Assembly: GCA_963693365.1 (NCBI GenBank)
Contig: CAVNZM010000001.1
Coordinates: 3,116,907 to 3,180,906, forward strand
DNA length: 64,000 bases
Source of the DNA: Amoebidium appalachense
Taxonomy: Eukaryota > Protista > Ichthyosporea
Direction of reading: 5' to 3'
The notes below the pieces were generated by a model. That model did not search any database. It worked only from the letters and a program-made list of their open reading frames with translations, and was not told the origin of the DNA. Made by a program: the position numbers and the translations under genes. Positions 35,882 through 54,135 of this stretch are shown here, in pieces. How positions within the stretch are numbered: position 1 is the first letter of the stretch; each line of letters starts with the position of its first letter.

Positions 35882-36442
35882 TCAAATGGACTTCGCCTCA
35901 ACCTCTAGCGCCGTTGCCCTGCTGGTAATTTCCGCGCTCTTGCTATGAAGATGAAATAGCGCCTTGTGCTTCAAACTCACCCCAAACTTGGCCACCACCG
36001 CTAACTGAAGCACATTCCTGACCACCCTATCACCCACCTTTCTCCCATTTGGGAAAAGCTCGTCATTCACGCCCTTTAGCTCGCTGTTGATCCCCTCCAC
36101 CTCAGCCGGTGTCAAGTTGCGTTTTCTATATACTGAACGGCGATCATACGCGCTGAAAAAGTTCGTGTACGTCTCGTAAGTGTCCCACACTTCGACGTCA
36201 TCCTTGAAAAAGACCTTGTGCGTCTCTTCTGGTTCCGGTGACAAGGGGGTGGTCCGCTCCTCCTGAGGTTTTTGGTCAACGATTTCGTTCAGGTCCTGAA
36301 GACGTGTGTCAGACAGGCTTCGTGGTCTTAGACTACCTTTACGCAGGCTGTTCCGTTTGCTGGGCACCTCATCGGCTTGAAAGTGAACGTTAAACGAGGC
36401 CATTGAGTCGGGCCTTAAAGCTCGTTTTTCAGGCTCAGCCAT
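35882..36442 (-). CDS. Intronless 186-aa protein with a Phactr/Bni4-type PP1-binding module
   Basis: Clean non-repetitive ORF from ATG 36442. KVFFKDDVEVWDTY..AYDRRSVYRKRNLTPAEVEGINSEL parallels the RVxF-PhiPhi-YDRR..LT....I..EL string of Phactr and fungal Bni4 C-termini. A TATAAAA lies about 155 bp upstream. Confidence 0.75.
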   Translation of the reverse strand: MAEPEKRALRPDSMASFNVHFQADEVPSKRNSLRKGSLRPRSLSDTRLQDLNEIVDQKPQEERTTPLSPEPEETHKVFFKDDVEVWDTYETYTNFFSAYDRRSVYRKRNLTPAEVEGINSELKGVNDELFPNGRKVGDRVVRNVLQLAVVAKFGVSLKHKALFHLHSKSAEITSRATALEVEAKSI

Positions 36443-37294
36443 GTTTAGCACAAGGAACTGAGATGAAATTAGTTACGAACGTGGTGTGAAGAAAAGAATG
36501 CGGGGAAACGGTGAATTGTTTCGTTGTGTTGCAGCATGCACTGTCCTTGATGGTGTACTACCTTGGTCTGGTGCCACGTTATCCTATTTAAGTGTTTTTT
36601 ATAAACGTGAGCAAAGCATAAAGATACGGGCTTAGAAAAGTGTATTTTTCTCATATATTGCCAACCTTCGAAAACAGTTGGGAGACTCACACCTACACGG
36701 TAGGCTACACCTCACACCTACTCACACCTGTGTTCTCCTGGAGCCGAGTCGGCGGACACCCGACGGCTGTTATGAATGAATTGGGCAAACAGATCTTTCA
36801 ATCAAAACTCCGTTCGTCAGGGTTCGAAATCTCAAAGTGTACCGAACGTCGCAGAAAGAGCCCAAATATAGACTACTATTGACCAAATTAGTACGGTTAA
36901 AGTAATAATAACTTTTCAAGTTTACTACTAGCTTTAGAGGTATTTAGTTCAATTGGTATAGTATTAACTACATACTTTAATTATTGTATGTCCAAGTATT
37001 TCAATACTTATAACTCTGTCTCATGTGGGAAAGCATTTTCTGGATTAGTCTAATATAATGACGTCACCAAGGTGTCAGCGGTTTTCCCGATGGGCATGGG
37101 CATACCGCAGGGTCACGACTCACGAGTCTTCATGGTCACCGTGTGTGTCCGGGTGCTGGGGTGTGTCTAGGTGTGTACTGAAATGCATCTTCTTGTTTTT
37201 CGACCAATACTTCCATCCACGATAACGCACATGTTCGAATATCACAGTAAATCAGATAGAGATCTAGAGGCATTCTTTTTTTTTTTTTTTTTTT

Positions 37295-37296
37295 GT

Positions 37297-37372
<76 letters not shown>

Positions 37373-37513
37373 TGGAGGCCGGGAGACCGGGGGGCCCGGG
37401 GGGTTGGCGGCGCAGGGGGAAGGGGTAGGGAGGGGGGAGGGGGTCCCGGAGGGGGAGGGGCCGGGAGGGGGGGTGAGGCTCCGGCTTCGGGGAAGGAAAA
37501 GGGGGGGGGGGGG

Positions 37514-37550
<37 letters not shown>

Positions 37551-37564
37551 CTCGAGCTCGAACT

Positions 37565-37629
<65 letters not shown>

Positions 37630-37635
37630 TCTAGC

Positions 37636-37674
<39 letters not shown>

Positions 37675-37678
37675 TCGG

Positions 37679-37773
<95 letters not shown>

Positions 37774-37796
37774 GTGCGGGAAGGGAAGAGGGGGCA

Positions 37797-37846
<50 letters not shown>
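37295..37846. repeat. Poly(G)-(GA)n-poly(C) compound microsatellite
   Basis: A long G run, then a (GA)n tract, then a long C run. It is the source of pseudo-ORFs at 37171-38059. Confidence 0.9.
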
Positions 37847-37849
<3 letters not shown>

Positions 37850-38963
37850 TTTTCCTTATTCCTTTTTATTAGGCTCCACTTCTTCGATAGCCCAAAATTC
37901 GTCACAGCTTCGAATACAGCTTCCGTGGCCGAGCCACTACATATGACACGTATGGGACAGTGTATATATCCGGATAAACCACACATTATCAAATCCAGAC
38001 AAATTCAACGGGGTAACATGCGCACACATGAGTTCATCCTCCACCTTTCGGACTGTTAAGTTAAGAGCTCCAACACGTATATGTATGCCTCTAGTGGCTC
38101 ACTGTACAGTCGTTTGCATATGTACAAACACGACGCTGAAACGAATCAACCAAAATCCACCATGCCTCACTTCGCTTGAAAGTCATCCAGCTCAAAAATA
38201 ATTTAGTTGAGCCTTGAAGTTCCAAACCAAATTAATAGTCATTTAAATTTAAACTACTTTCAGCTGGGCAACTCATCACTGGTGGCCCCTCCCTGTCCCC
38301 TGGGCCTCAGCTAACTGTAGGGGTAGTGCCCCCCCCCCCCCCCCCCCCCTCCCCTTCCCACTCTTCTTCCTCCCCGCTTTATCCCCCCTCCCCCCCCATC
38401 CACACCATGGCATCCCACCCCATCCTCCAATAATTATGTGTGTGTGAGTGTGTGCGTGTGTGCGCTTGATACACGAATATGATTGTGCGTGTATGACGTG
38501 TGTGCGCGTATGACGCGCATGCCTGTGTGGCTGTGCGTGTGAAGTTGTGCATGTTTGGTACCCTGAGGGCCTATGCTTGGGCATGAGTGCGTTTTTCATT
38601 TGAGGCATGCATTCACGTCTGGTGCCGAAGACAGATTGGGGGAGGAAGGGTGGTGGGAGAGGTGTAACTCTGCATTGAGGTCGGGAGACTGAGTGAGAAA
38701 ATTTTTTTTTCAAAGAGGGAGACACACTGAACGTGAGTGCATGCGTGAGCGCATAGATGTGGGAGCCTTAAAAGTTTGATTTTTCAGTTACTGTTGGAAC
38801 AGGTAATGCCCCACCCGGATGGGCGGATGGGCACGTGTAACTCAAAAGATATTATGGCTCAGTGCTATTCGACAGAGTGACGCGCAAGGAGGATGGTGTG
38901 TGTGTGCGTGTGCTTGTGATGGTGGTGGTGGTGGGGGTGGGGAGGTGTGTGTGTGTGTGTGTG

Positions 38964-38997
<34 letters not shown>

Positions 38998-39977
38998 GGG
39001 GGGAAGGGGGGCACCTCACGTTCAACAAGGTCCCATGTCCCGGGGGGCAGGAGGCGGGGGGGGGGGGGGGGGGAGAGAGAGAGAGACACACACACACAGA
39101 AGGGGGGGGGGGGGGTTAACAGGGGGGGGGGGGAGGGGTGGCAGGGGGCAACGGGGTTGTGTGATAAAGTAAGCAAAAAGTTAAAAAAAATGTTTTGTGA
39201 AAAGGAGCTCTCACGGTCAGAACGGGGACGGGGATTGGGGTGCGTATGTGTGTGTGTTAAAGAAGCACAGTTTCAACACTATGCATATGTGCCCTTTCAC
39301 ACAGCCTCTAGAGAAGGGAATATACCCACTGGTGGAAAGGTGGGTGGCTGCTGGTGGTAGTTGTTGTTTCCGAGGGGGGGAGGAGGGGGGATCCGGGGGG
39401 GGGGGGAGGGGGGAGGATGGGGGGGAGGGGGGAGAAAGTGCCAACAGGTTATCCGATGAACGATGAAACGAAGCCTACGTGCTGGGAGTGCATTGGCGTA
39501 CAACTAATGACATAGCTCAGGTAACGGTTGATGTGCACAAGCAATCACAATTTGCTGACATAGATATGATAAGAGAGAAGAATGACCCACCTACTACTGG
39601 CATCCCCCCCCCCCCCCTTCCCACCCCACACACAACATTTCCCCTTACATGAGGGGAAAAAACAGAGGGACGAGTCATTCAAAAAACAAATCCTTTTAGC
39701 AAAACTTCAGTTGCAAGCGTCTCATGCGTCTTTATTCTCTGTATATACAAGGACTGCCGTGCATCGAAACATCATGCCAACATACATAAAAACACCACGG
39801 GCAAACTTTGAATCACCTGTATCACCTACGACCACAACAGCTATGTGCATCATAAAAAAGGCCTAAAGTCTGTGTATCCACTGCAGGAATGGGTCACCCA
39901 ATACTTTCACTGAGTTTTGGCAATATGTACATTTCATTTTGAAATGCGCGTCGTGTTTTTCACTGAAACACAGATTG

Positions 39978-40868
39978 CTAATAGTGAGCAGCACAGCACG
40001 TGATTGCGTTGCACTCAACGTCGGAGCCAGCCCACAGCTTGCACCGCATCACACCGCCATCCTTGGGGTCCGCCTTGAAGCCGAACGGGCAGATCATACC
40101 ATTCACCTTGTCGCAGCGCACGAACGAAGACGGAGCAGGAGGAGGTGGAGGGGGGGCACAGCACGTTGCCTCACTGCAGTGCACGCTCGAACCCGCCCAG
40201 AGCTTGCAGCGCATCACCCCGTGTGCCTTGGGGTCTGTCTTGTATCCGTGCTTGCAGGTGACTTTGGCCTTATCGTCCTTGCACGAAATCAGACTGCTGG
40301 GCTCCGGCTTAGGCTCGGGCTTAGGTTGGGGCTTGGGTGCAGGCAGATGGGGCTCGGGCATAGGGGGAGGTGGGGGCGGCTTGCAGCAGACCTTGGCTCC
40401 ACACTTATGCGTGGAGCCCTCCCACAGCTTGCAGCGCATCACACCGCCCACCTTGGGATCAGTCGTGTAGCCGTGCTTGCACGTGGTGTCGGCCTGCTTC
40501 GAGTCGCAGCGCACAAACGACGGGGGTGGGAGTGGGGGTGGGGCACAGCAGATCTTGCTGCAGGCATAGTCCGATCCGTCCCAGGGCTTGCAGCGCGTCA
40601 CATGGGCGTCATAGCCGTACTTGCAGTCCACCTTGGACTCCTTGCAGGTGATGAAAGAGGGGGTTGGGGGTGGGGGGGCAGGGGCAGAGGCGCAGCAAAT
40701 CTTGCTGCAGGCGTAGTCGGAGCCATCCCAAGGCTTGCAGCGGGTCACGTGAGCATCGTAGCTGTACTTGCAGGCAACACCAGAGTCCTTGCACGTGGTG
40801 AAGGAGGGTGCCGTGTAGGCACTGGCACCCGCAGCGAGGGCGAAAAAGGCTGCGATTTCGGTCTTCAT
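39978..40868 (-). CDS. Secreted 296-aa cysteine-rich repeat protein with polyproline linkers
   Basis: Intronless, with signal peptide MKTEIAAFFALAAGASA. Five modules of C-x6-8-C-x3-[YF]-..-RCK[PL]W-x-GS-x3-C-x3-4-CC (30 Cys) are joined by PPPP/PKPEP linkers. Strong C/G third-position bias. Confidence 0.9.
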   Translation of the reverse strand: MKTEIAAFFALAAGASAYTAPSFTTCKDSGVACKYSYDAHVTRCKPWDGSDYACSKICCASAPAPPPPTPSFITCKESKVDCKYGYDAHVTRCKPWDGSDYACSKICCAPPPLPPPSFVRCDSKQADTTCKHGYTTDPKVGGVMRCKLWEGSTHKCGAKVCCKPPPPPPMPEPHLPAPKPQPKPEPKPEPSSLISCKDDKAKVTCKHGYKTDPKAHGVMRCKLWAGSSVHCSEATCCAPPPPPPAPSSFVRCDKVNGMICPFGFKADPKDGGVMRCKLWAGSDVECNAITCCAAHY

Positions 40869-40960
40869 CTTGCTGAAGATAGAGAAGAGTTGGTGTTAGC
40901 TGTTCTCCGGAAGCTCAGGAGTCTTGCAGGCTGGTGAAAAAGTGACGCGGAAAATTTTGG

Positions 40961-40967
40961 TTATATA
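40961..40967 (-). promoter_or_regulatory. TATA-like box of the Cys-rich gene
   Basis: TATATAA about 95 bp upstream of the ATG. CCAAT boxes occur further upstream (about 41051 and 41077). Confidence 0.45.
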
Positions 40968-41679
40968 CTCAGAAGTTGCCGTCAGGCATGCATATCGCCA
41001 TCTGTCAAAACCAAAAAAGGCGATTGTGAATTTAATTTAAAGACGATTGATTGGTTTATGTTTGTTCTACAATCTGATTGGGGCAAATGGGACGACTAAT
41101 TGTAAATGGAATGCACTGCCATGATCGTGTACATATGCTCCGCGTACGTGTGCCGCTGAGCTGGCCTACTTTGGAACCCGGAAAGTTTCTCAAGGTAGAT
41201 CGAAACGATCTTTATTATTATTATTAATATTATTTATTACTCTTTTTTGTGAGAGGTGGCTGATTTTATATTTTATAAACAGATTTGTTTATAATGTATG
41301 ACTGCAAGCCTTTGCCAATGGGTCACAACACTGAATGTGCTGATGTGCAAGGGCGGCGGGCCCCAGCGACTCCGAGGCTGTTGCATGTGTCACAGCATGA
41401 ACGTGATCCGTGCACCAGTGACAGCAGCACTGGTGGCAGTGACTCGGCAGGATCGGTGAGCAGGGACTGTACACACCCGGTGGTAAACTGTATGGTCAGT
41501 ATCATATTCGCCGAATTTCTGCCCAGTGTTCGACGAAATGACGGTCCAAGCTTGTGTTCACCCGCGCATGCAGATTTGAAGTTCAAATCCGTTCTCCTTT
41601 TCAGTCGCTCTTCGAGTCACAGTGTCTCTCTCTAAAGATTTCCCTCTGCCCCTCCCCCTTCACCTACAATCTCTCTTCC

Positions 41680-41697
41680 TACACACACACACACACA

Positions 41698-41738
<41 letters not shown>

Positions 41739-41911
41739 CTCTCTCTCTCTGCTCTCTATCTCTCGCCCTCTCTCTCTCTCTCTCCCTCCCTCCCTCCCTC
41801 CCTCCCTCCCCTCCATCCCCTCCCTCCCTCCCTGTCTCCCTCGGCCTCTCTGCCTGAGCTACTCTCTCTCTCTCTCTCTCTCTCTCCCCCCCCCCCCCCC
41901 CCCCCCCCCCT

Positions 41912-41968
<57 letters not shown>

Positions 41969-42166
41969 CCCCCCCCCCCCCCTCCCCCTCGCCCACACAA
42001 AGTCCTCCCCCCCCCCCCCCCCCTCCTACATGTGTGTGGGTCCACACACACTCTCTCTTTCTTCCCTCCTGGGTCGGACTTAAGTTAGGCACTAGAGATC
42101 TAGCAACACACCAGCCATACGTGTTCAATATGCTAGTATCATGTCGCACGTGGGCGTATACACACA

Positions 42167-42205
<39 letters not shown>

Positions 42206-42445
42206 ATGGGTAAACGCACACACACGCTGTACGTACGCACTCACGGCTGTATTTACGCCCGCACGCTCGCTAGTATCCACGCAAACCGCTGACATGCACA
42301 CGCGCAAACACACCGCCGGCGGCACACACAGGTGCGGGCATCAACATCAGTAATAGCACCGTGACCGTTAACGTTGCACACAACCACATCTTTGCAAATG
42401 CACAACACGCTCACACACCACACACACACACGCACAGACCGTACA

Positions 42446-42529
<84 letters not shown>

Positions 42530-42677
42530 CCACATACACACCGTGACACACAAACACACACAACCACATACACACCGTGACACACAAACACACACGTGGC
42601 ATACACGCCCACACACACACACGCTGCACAGCGCAGTACAGACACACACGCACGCCGCGACAAACAAACAGTGATCG

Positions 42678-42739
<62 letters not shown>

Positions 42740-42760
42740 ACATACACACACACTACACGC
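41680..42760. repeat. Intergenic (CA)n/(CT)n/poly(C) microsatellite field
   Basis: Directly visible simple repeats. Confidence 0.85.
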
Positions 42761-43379
42761 AGCGCACACATCACTCAACACATCACTCCTCCACGGGGCT
42801 TTGGTAATATGATAATGTGCACACTCAAGCAACTCAAACGGCCAGGGACGCAGATCGCACAAGGCTTATCCACCAGGGACATAACACCACACACACGTGC
42901 ACTCACACAAAAAAACATGTACATATCGCAGAGAATTCTGGAGGTTTGGGCCGTCTAATCTGGTTGCACAAATTTCACATTACAGGATTGGGAAGTGAGG
43001 CTATTACGGAAAGCTCAACATACACCATTCAAAGTTTTAGCAAGACTGCAGCATGCGCAAACCTCCGGGTATATTTAGAGAGCTTCATCATGGCCACTTC
43101 TAGCACTGGGTTTGCACCCAGGCTGATCGCAATGCACCGGATGATGAATTCGTGTTGATTCTGTGCACGGGTATTGGAGGCATAAACTCCATGGATTCGA
43201 AAGGGCCCCCTGAGAAAAAAAGTGAAAGAGACTGATATAGCGTCACATCTTCACAAAAATATTGTATGCACAGGTAACACCTATTAGTCTTGCTCTTACG
43301 GACAAGCACACGAGTGTGTTATCAGATACACTGTGCGCAGTTGAAAGATTGGACAGGTGGTTAAAGATCGAACCAGCGA

Positions 43380-44521
<1,142 letters not shown>

Positions 44522-44888
44522 GCAAGATAAAAAAAAGAAAAACAAAGAAGAAGAGGCCACAGGCACTCCGGAGTGACTACATTGATGATGACGTAATTAA
44601 CATAGATAAAGTGAGCCAATCAGCTTCTGCGTAGGCCCCAGCCCAAATATGGAAGGTGTTCTGTGACAGCATTTATTCTGTCCATGCACAAGTCGCAACG
44701 CAAACAAAAAAAAAATTAGGCCAGTTGTCACCAGACTTTGCCGCTTCCGCGACCCCACCGCACGGCCAATGTTAACATACACACAATCCCTGCTGATTCA
44801 CCAGTCTTTCCCTCGTTACGAGAACCTCGTTGCCACCCCTTCAGTTTCATTTTCAATTTTTTATCCTCTTGGCTGTCTTTTATTGAAG

Positions 44889-48442
<3,554 letters not shown>

Positions 48443-48950
48443 AAGGTTCCATGTGAGAAGTATAGCGGTGGATTCTATTTTTGGATCGTGTGGCGGTATT
48501 GAAAAAAAACCAAGATGTAAGAAACAATACGTGTATTGTGAATATAGGTACTCACCTAAATTATATATGCTTAGATGCCCCCCGGGGGAGGAGGGAATGA
48601 GAGGGTGGGTGAGGGTGGGAAATTGAGGGAAGGGGGTGAGGGGGAGGGAGTGGGCAGGCAGGGAGGGATGCATATGTACACATTACGATGATACATGTAA
48701 AGTTGTTGATAATCAGGAGGGGGAGGGGGAGGGGGAGGAGGGGAGGGGGGGGGGGGGTTTCTGGAGAATAGAATCTGTGAAGTATCGGCGGTGAGAAGGA
48801 ATAGGAAATCTAGCTTAGCGGTGGGGGTTTGCAGTTAATTTTCAAAATGCGTTGGAATTAGATTTTCCCATGTATATGTCGACAGTACTGCCCATATGCG
48901 GAATAAACAAATGCTGGCCCAGTTGATTTTTTGGTGCCCATGTGCATGTA

Positions 48951-48966
48951 CAGTCACCGCTCGATA

Positions 48967-49005
<39 letters not shown>

Positions 49006-49418
49006 TTACACCCCGGGGGGGCGTTTTATCGTGGGGGAACGCTATATAGTGAGTCCTGAGAACCCCATTTTTTTGTTTTTTCCCCCATCACCCCGCCTAC
49101 ACCAAAAAAAGCCTACACAGCCCCACACAGCTCCCAACAACCACAACCACCACCACAACCACAGCCCCGGAGCCTATCGAAAACAACCATCCTAGGGGTA
49201 TCCCTGATGAGGGGGGCGCTATATCGCATCGCTTTTTCTTATGGGTTCATATGATAGCGTTCCATCCGCTGGGGGCGTTATACGCTATATCGTGGGGGCG
49301 CTATATAGGGTGCCCCCTAAGTATAGATTCAACATTGGAGTCGATTGGTGACATCGCGGGGGGACGCTATATTGATTGGAGCGCTGTATGTTGGAGGCGC
49401 TATATCGCGCGGTGACTG
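48951..49418. mobile_element. 468-bp MITE, pogo/Tigger-like (Tc1/mariner superfamily)
   Basis: TA target duplication at 48949-48950 and 49419-49420. 20-bp TIR CAGTCACCGC(T/G)CGATATA(A/G)C. Internal repeats of gggggcgYtatat. No transposase ORF. Confidence 0.85.
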
Positions 49419-50404
49419 TACTTTTAGACTATCATAATACCGTGATGCGATTTCTGAGCTCCAATATATCCCTCTGTTGACGTCTATGTAGGGCACGTGC
49501 ACTTAGATGCGCGAATCTATAATTTGTACCTCGTGACTGTGTGTGGCTGGATGGGTGGGTGGCCGGCCCTAGTGGTGGTGGGTGGGCGGGTGAGTGTGTG
49601 TATGCACTTTTTTTTTTTTGGGGGGGGGGGGGGGGCTGCTGTCAGGGGTACCCTCGAGGGGTGGCCAGCCAAGTGTGACCTAGGTGCCGACACCAACAAC
49701 CCTCCACTGGGTTTTATTATGAACTGCACAGACACACACTGATCGCTTTTTGCAGCGGGTTTATTTGCAGTGCATATTTGCATGCTTGCCCTAAGCTGAT
49801 GAGCTCTGGGGTACGAATATATCCTGAATACGATAGAAATATCTAGTCCTTTTAATTTAAGAGCCCTAATGCAAATAATCCAAGCACACTTTTTGCTATA
49901 GCTGTAATATCAGCGTCGTGACATAAACAACAATCAACTCACACTGTTGCGCACTTTTGTCTTTACCAATTCCTGAAACCTCTCTGTCAATTCTAAGTAT
50001 AGACAACAATGCAACGAAACGAAACCATAGCTATAAAAAGGAAAACGAGAGAAAATGAAGGCAGGAAAGGTCATCAAAGTCTAGAAAGAGCCCAGAAAAG
50101 GCTGATGTAGGGGGGTAATAAAGTCTCGTATATCTAGAACGGCAGACTGTTACAACAGGGGACCCCAAAACACTTGGTCGATAATGGAAAGAGCGAACCA
50201 ATTTAGACAACGTCTAGCTAAAGAAAAGCCTTCTAAGACAATCCTCGTAAAAAAATAGGCGAACTTGAATCTCATGCACCACCTAAGCTAACGTCTAAAA
50301 CCGACCACACAATCCAAACTGCTCATCACCAATCCCACTGACATCAAATCCATGCGTGGGGAGGAGCAATGCCTATATATGTAGGTGTGCGCGCGTGTTT
50401 GCCA

Positions 50405-50437
<33 letters not shown>

Positions 50438-50504
50438 TTCTCCCTCCCCAAAAAGAGAACAACCACGGGTTTTCACTGGCACAGCGTCCACATGAGACAA
50501 CGCC

Positions 50505-51120
50505 TCACATTCTGCGCTCTTCGTACATCACCGTTGCTGGCTTACTGTAGTCGTTGCTCAGTTCATAGCCAGTACCTGTGTAGGGGCCAAAAAAAAAAAA
50601 AAAAAAAAAAAAAAGTAGGAAAGAAAAGTGTGTGCTTGTGTGTGTGTGTGTGTGTGTGGTGAGTGTGTGAATGCGTGAGTGTGTGCAAGACACCGGAAGC
50701 AAACACAAATTCAGCACATACAGCCACGCACCAAGGCACATATGGCCATGCAAACATGGACATGCCCACACCCACCCACCCACACCCACACGCACAGGCA
50801 CACCACACAGACACCACCCTCCCACCCACACACGCATTGCAATCACGAGCATGGACGGGCACCTACACCACAACCCCTTCAGCTAAATCTTAGGGACCGC
50901 AGCCATCTATGGGTGTAAAATAAGAGAGCAAAGCGCAAGGGATGACGAGATAATGCTCGTGATTTCCGTGCAACCGTGCAGCTAGTTGAATGTAGCTAAC
51001 ATGTGCATAAGTCTGAGGGAGAGAACAGACAGGCAGAATGGGTGCGTGTGCATGTTAAGTGAGAGAGAGAAAAAAAGAGAGAGAGAGAGAGAGGGGAGGG
51101 GGGGGGGGGGGGGGGGGAGG

Positions 51121-51159
<39 letters not shown>

Positions 51160-51184
51160 GGAGAGGGGGGGGGGGGGGGGGGGG

Positions 51185-51227
<43 letters not shown>

Positions 51228-51231
51228 GGGG

Positions 51232-51286
<55 letters not shown>

Positions 51287-51794
51287 GAGAGAGAGAGAGA
51301 GAGTGAGAGAGAGAGATAAAGAGAGAGAATGAGAGAGTGGGAGACAATACAAGGCAGAGAGATAGTGTGTACCTTCGTGGATGAGAATTGTTCTTCTGTG
51401 GGGCACCAGGGCAGAAGGTCTGTCGCCAATCTTCACTCTCACCTGCCCACCAACCACTACCAGCGTCTGTGCAGCAAAAAGCTAATGTCAGTGGCAGGCA
51501 CTGCAATACGTGCCAAGGTTGTTGCTTAAGAAACCCCAAGTACGATCAAAAAGGGGCATCCCCAAGTCAAAACGATCGGGAAAGGCGTCAAATACCCCGG
51601 ATTTTGCCTCGATCCCGATTAAAAATGTCCGGCCCACCCAATTTGTGGCCAGTGGGGAGGCATTTTGTGCACCAATGTGCCGCATCTTCATGCAAAGAAG
51701 ATGCAAGGAAAGAAAAATGAAGAAAAGGAGAAGGCAAGCGGGGAAAAGGGGGGCCGGAAAGGGGGGGGGGGGGGGGGGGGGGGGGGAGAGAGAC

Positions 51795-51860
<66 letters not shown>

Positions 51861-52196
51861 AGGAAAGAAGGAAGACGGGAAAAAGAAACAAACTAAAGGC
51901 AAATGGTTGTTAGAAATACACTTTGAAAACAGAACGAAGCACGGGTACTTGATGGCGGGAAATAAGGGGGAGGAAGGGGCGGGATATCTGCCGACTTTTC
52001 TTTTTTTTTTTTTTTTTTTGGGGGGGGGGGGGGGGGAGGGGGGCTGACCAGGAATTTCCTTGGCTTGCACGTCTCCTTCATTGTTGCGTGGGGGGGTATG
52101 GTCCAAAGACCGGTGGATGACGTGTCAGTGCTCGACACGAGCGTCTCCTCGATCCCATCCTCACGGTGCATAATCTCCATCTCATCCCCAACAAGC

Positions 52197-52272
<76 letters not shown>

Positions 52273-53159
52273 GTGCGTGCTTGCGTGCGCGCACACCCGT
52301 GTGTGCCCATTTGTGCGTGCGGGCATGTCATTGATGTGTCAGTCGTACGTCATCGAGTTCTCACTCCTACACATAATGCCGTCCACCCCTCTCAACAAAA
52401 GGCCATCGAAACCAATTTGATACACACCAATAATCGTCTGATGTCGACATTCCACGGTGCACTGTCAATATAAATCAATATTATGAATATAGAGAGCGTC
52501 ACGATTGGCTATGCCTAAATCTGATAAGAGGTCCTGTTTAGAAGAGACGGGTTTGAAATATAAGGGAACCCTAGAAAAACGCCCATATAGACGTTAGCAC
52601 AGACACTAGAAGAGGAGGGAAAGCACAGACAGGCAGGGCAAGATTGAGCACAAAGAAAGAAGGGCAGGAGTGGATGTATACCTTTGACCGAGCGCGCACG
52701 CGCGTGTGTCTGGGTGTACCCCGTGTACATGTGTACATGTGTGCATTTGTGTGTGCGTGCGTGCGTGTGTGTGCACGTAAACACACTTGCAGGGGAATGC
52801 AACAATCAGGCAAAAAAAAAAAAACCATGGAGAACGGAGCAAAAGCAGGGTGTTTTAGGCACCTTCTTCGACCAGCTTAGCCAGGTTGTCCTCTTTCTTT
52901 GCCTTGTTGGGCACCCTTGACTCGATGAAGAAGAAGCTGGGATCATCTGCGTCCTTGCTTGTGGCCTTTTGGCTACGTGGCCGCTCTTCGGTATCTTTGG
53001 GCCTGTGCCTGTGCCTGAGGGCTGACCTCTGTGTATGTGTGCGTGTACGTGTGGGTGCAGATGTAGGTGTATGTACATGTCGGGTATGGGAGATTTTGTA
53101 TGTGTATGCATACCTTTGCGTGTGTGTGCTCGTGTGTATGAGCGTGTATATAATGAGGG

Positions 53160-53199
<40 letters not shown>

Positions 53200-53388
53200 A
53201 GTCATTGTGTGCAAGTGATTGAGGGAGCTTACACTTTCAGATGTGAAGCCTTGCCACCAACCATGTATATGCACATGCAACTTGTTATGTTTGCTTGCTG
53301 CATGCACATGCCTGTGCTGCAGTATGTGTTGCCCAACTCGATCTGTCCTCAACTTTTCTTTTCTTCCTCTTTCCTCTTTTCTTCTCCT

Positions 53389-53421
<33 letters not shown>

Positions 53422-53749
53422 TCCCTTCCCTCTCCCCCCCCCCCCCCTCTTTCTCTGTGACCGAACGCTCCTTCATAATAATCGGTAGCCAATACCGTTG
53501 TGAGCAATCTTATCATGGAATTATATAGGAAACACCCGAGAGAAACTCACTATGTGGCAAATATTGTGAACACCATGGAGAGGGGGAGAAGGGGGGGCGA
53601 GTGGGTGGATGGGTGGGGGTTTTTTTTTTTTTGGGGGGGGGGGGGGGGGGTAACCCACCTCTACAGCCAAAAGCTTTGCCGCTTTCACATCAGGAGTGGA
53701 ATCTGGGCCCGGGGGTGGCGCTTTTCTTTTTACCTCCTCGATTGAGAAC

Positions 53750-53794
<45 letters not shown>

Positions 53795-53845
53795 ACGCGC
53801 ACGCGCACGTGTATGCATGCATGCATGCATGCATGTATGTATGTA

Positions 53846-53927
<82 letters not shown>

Positions 53928-54094
53928 GTGAGTGAGTGTGCCCATGTGTATGGCGCATGCGCAAGTGAGCGGGTCGAGGATATTATGTGTGTCCGTGTGT
54001 GCGCGATGGGAACAGTGATGGTGGTAGTTGGACGAACATAGAGAGGGAGATTGGTGTGTGTGTGTGTGCGTGTGTGTGTGTGTGTGTGTGTGCG

Positions 54095-54135
<41 letters not shown>

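Noticed and set aside
39939-40937. 332-aa plus-strand ORF overlapping the Cys-rich gene
   Set aside because: It is the antisense shadow of a strongly codon-biased gene.
41285-43309. Short non-repetitive ORFs at 41285-41635, 42817-43158 and 43100-43309
   Set aside because: No recognisable motifs, codon bias or consistent splice structure.
49175-49220. CGAAA..CTGATGAG inside the MITE as another hammerhead
   Set aside because: No stem III/UH pairing could be built and there is no second copy for covariation.
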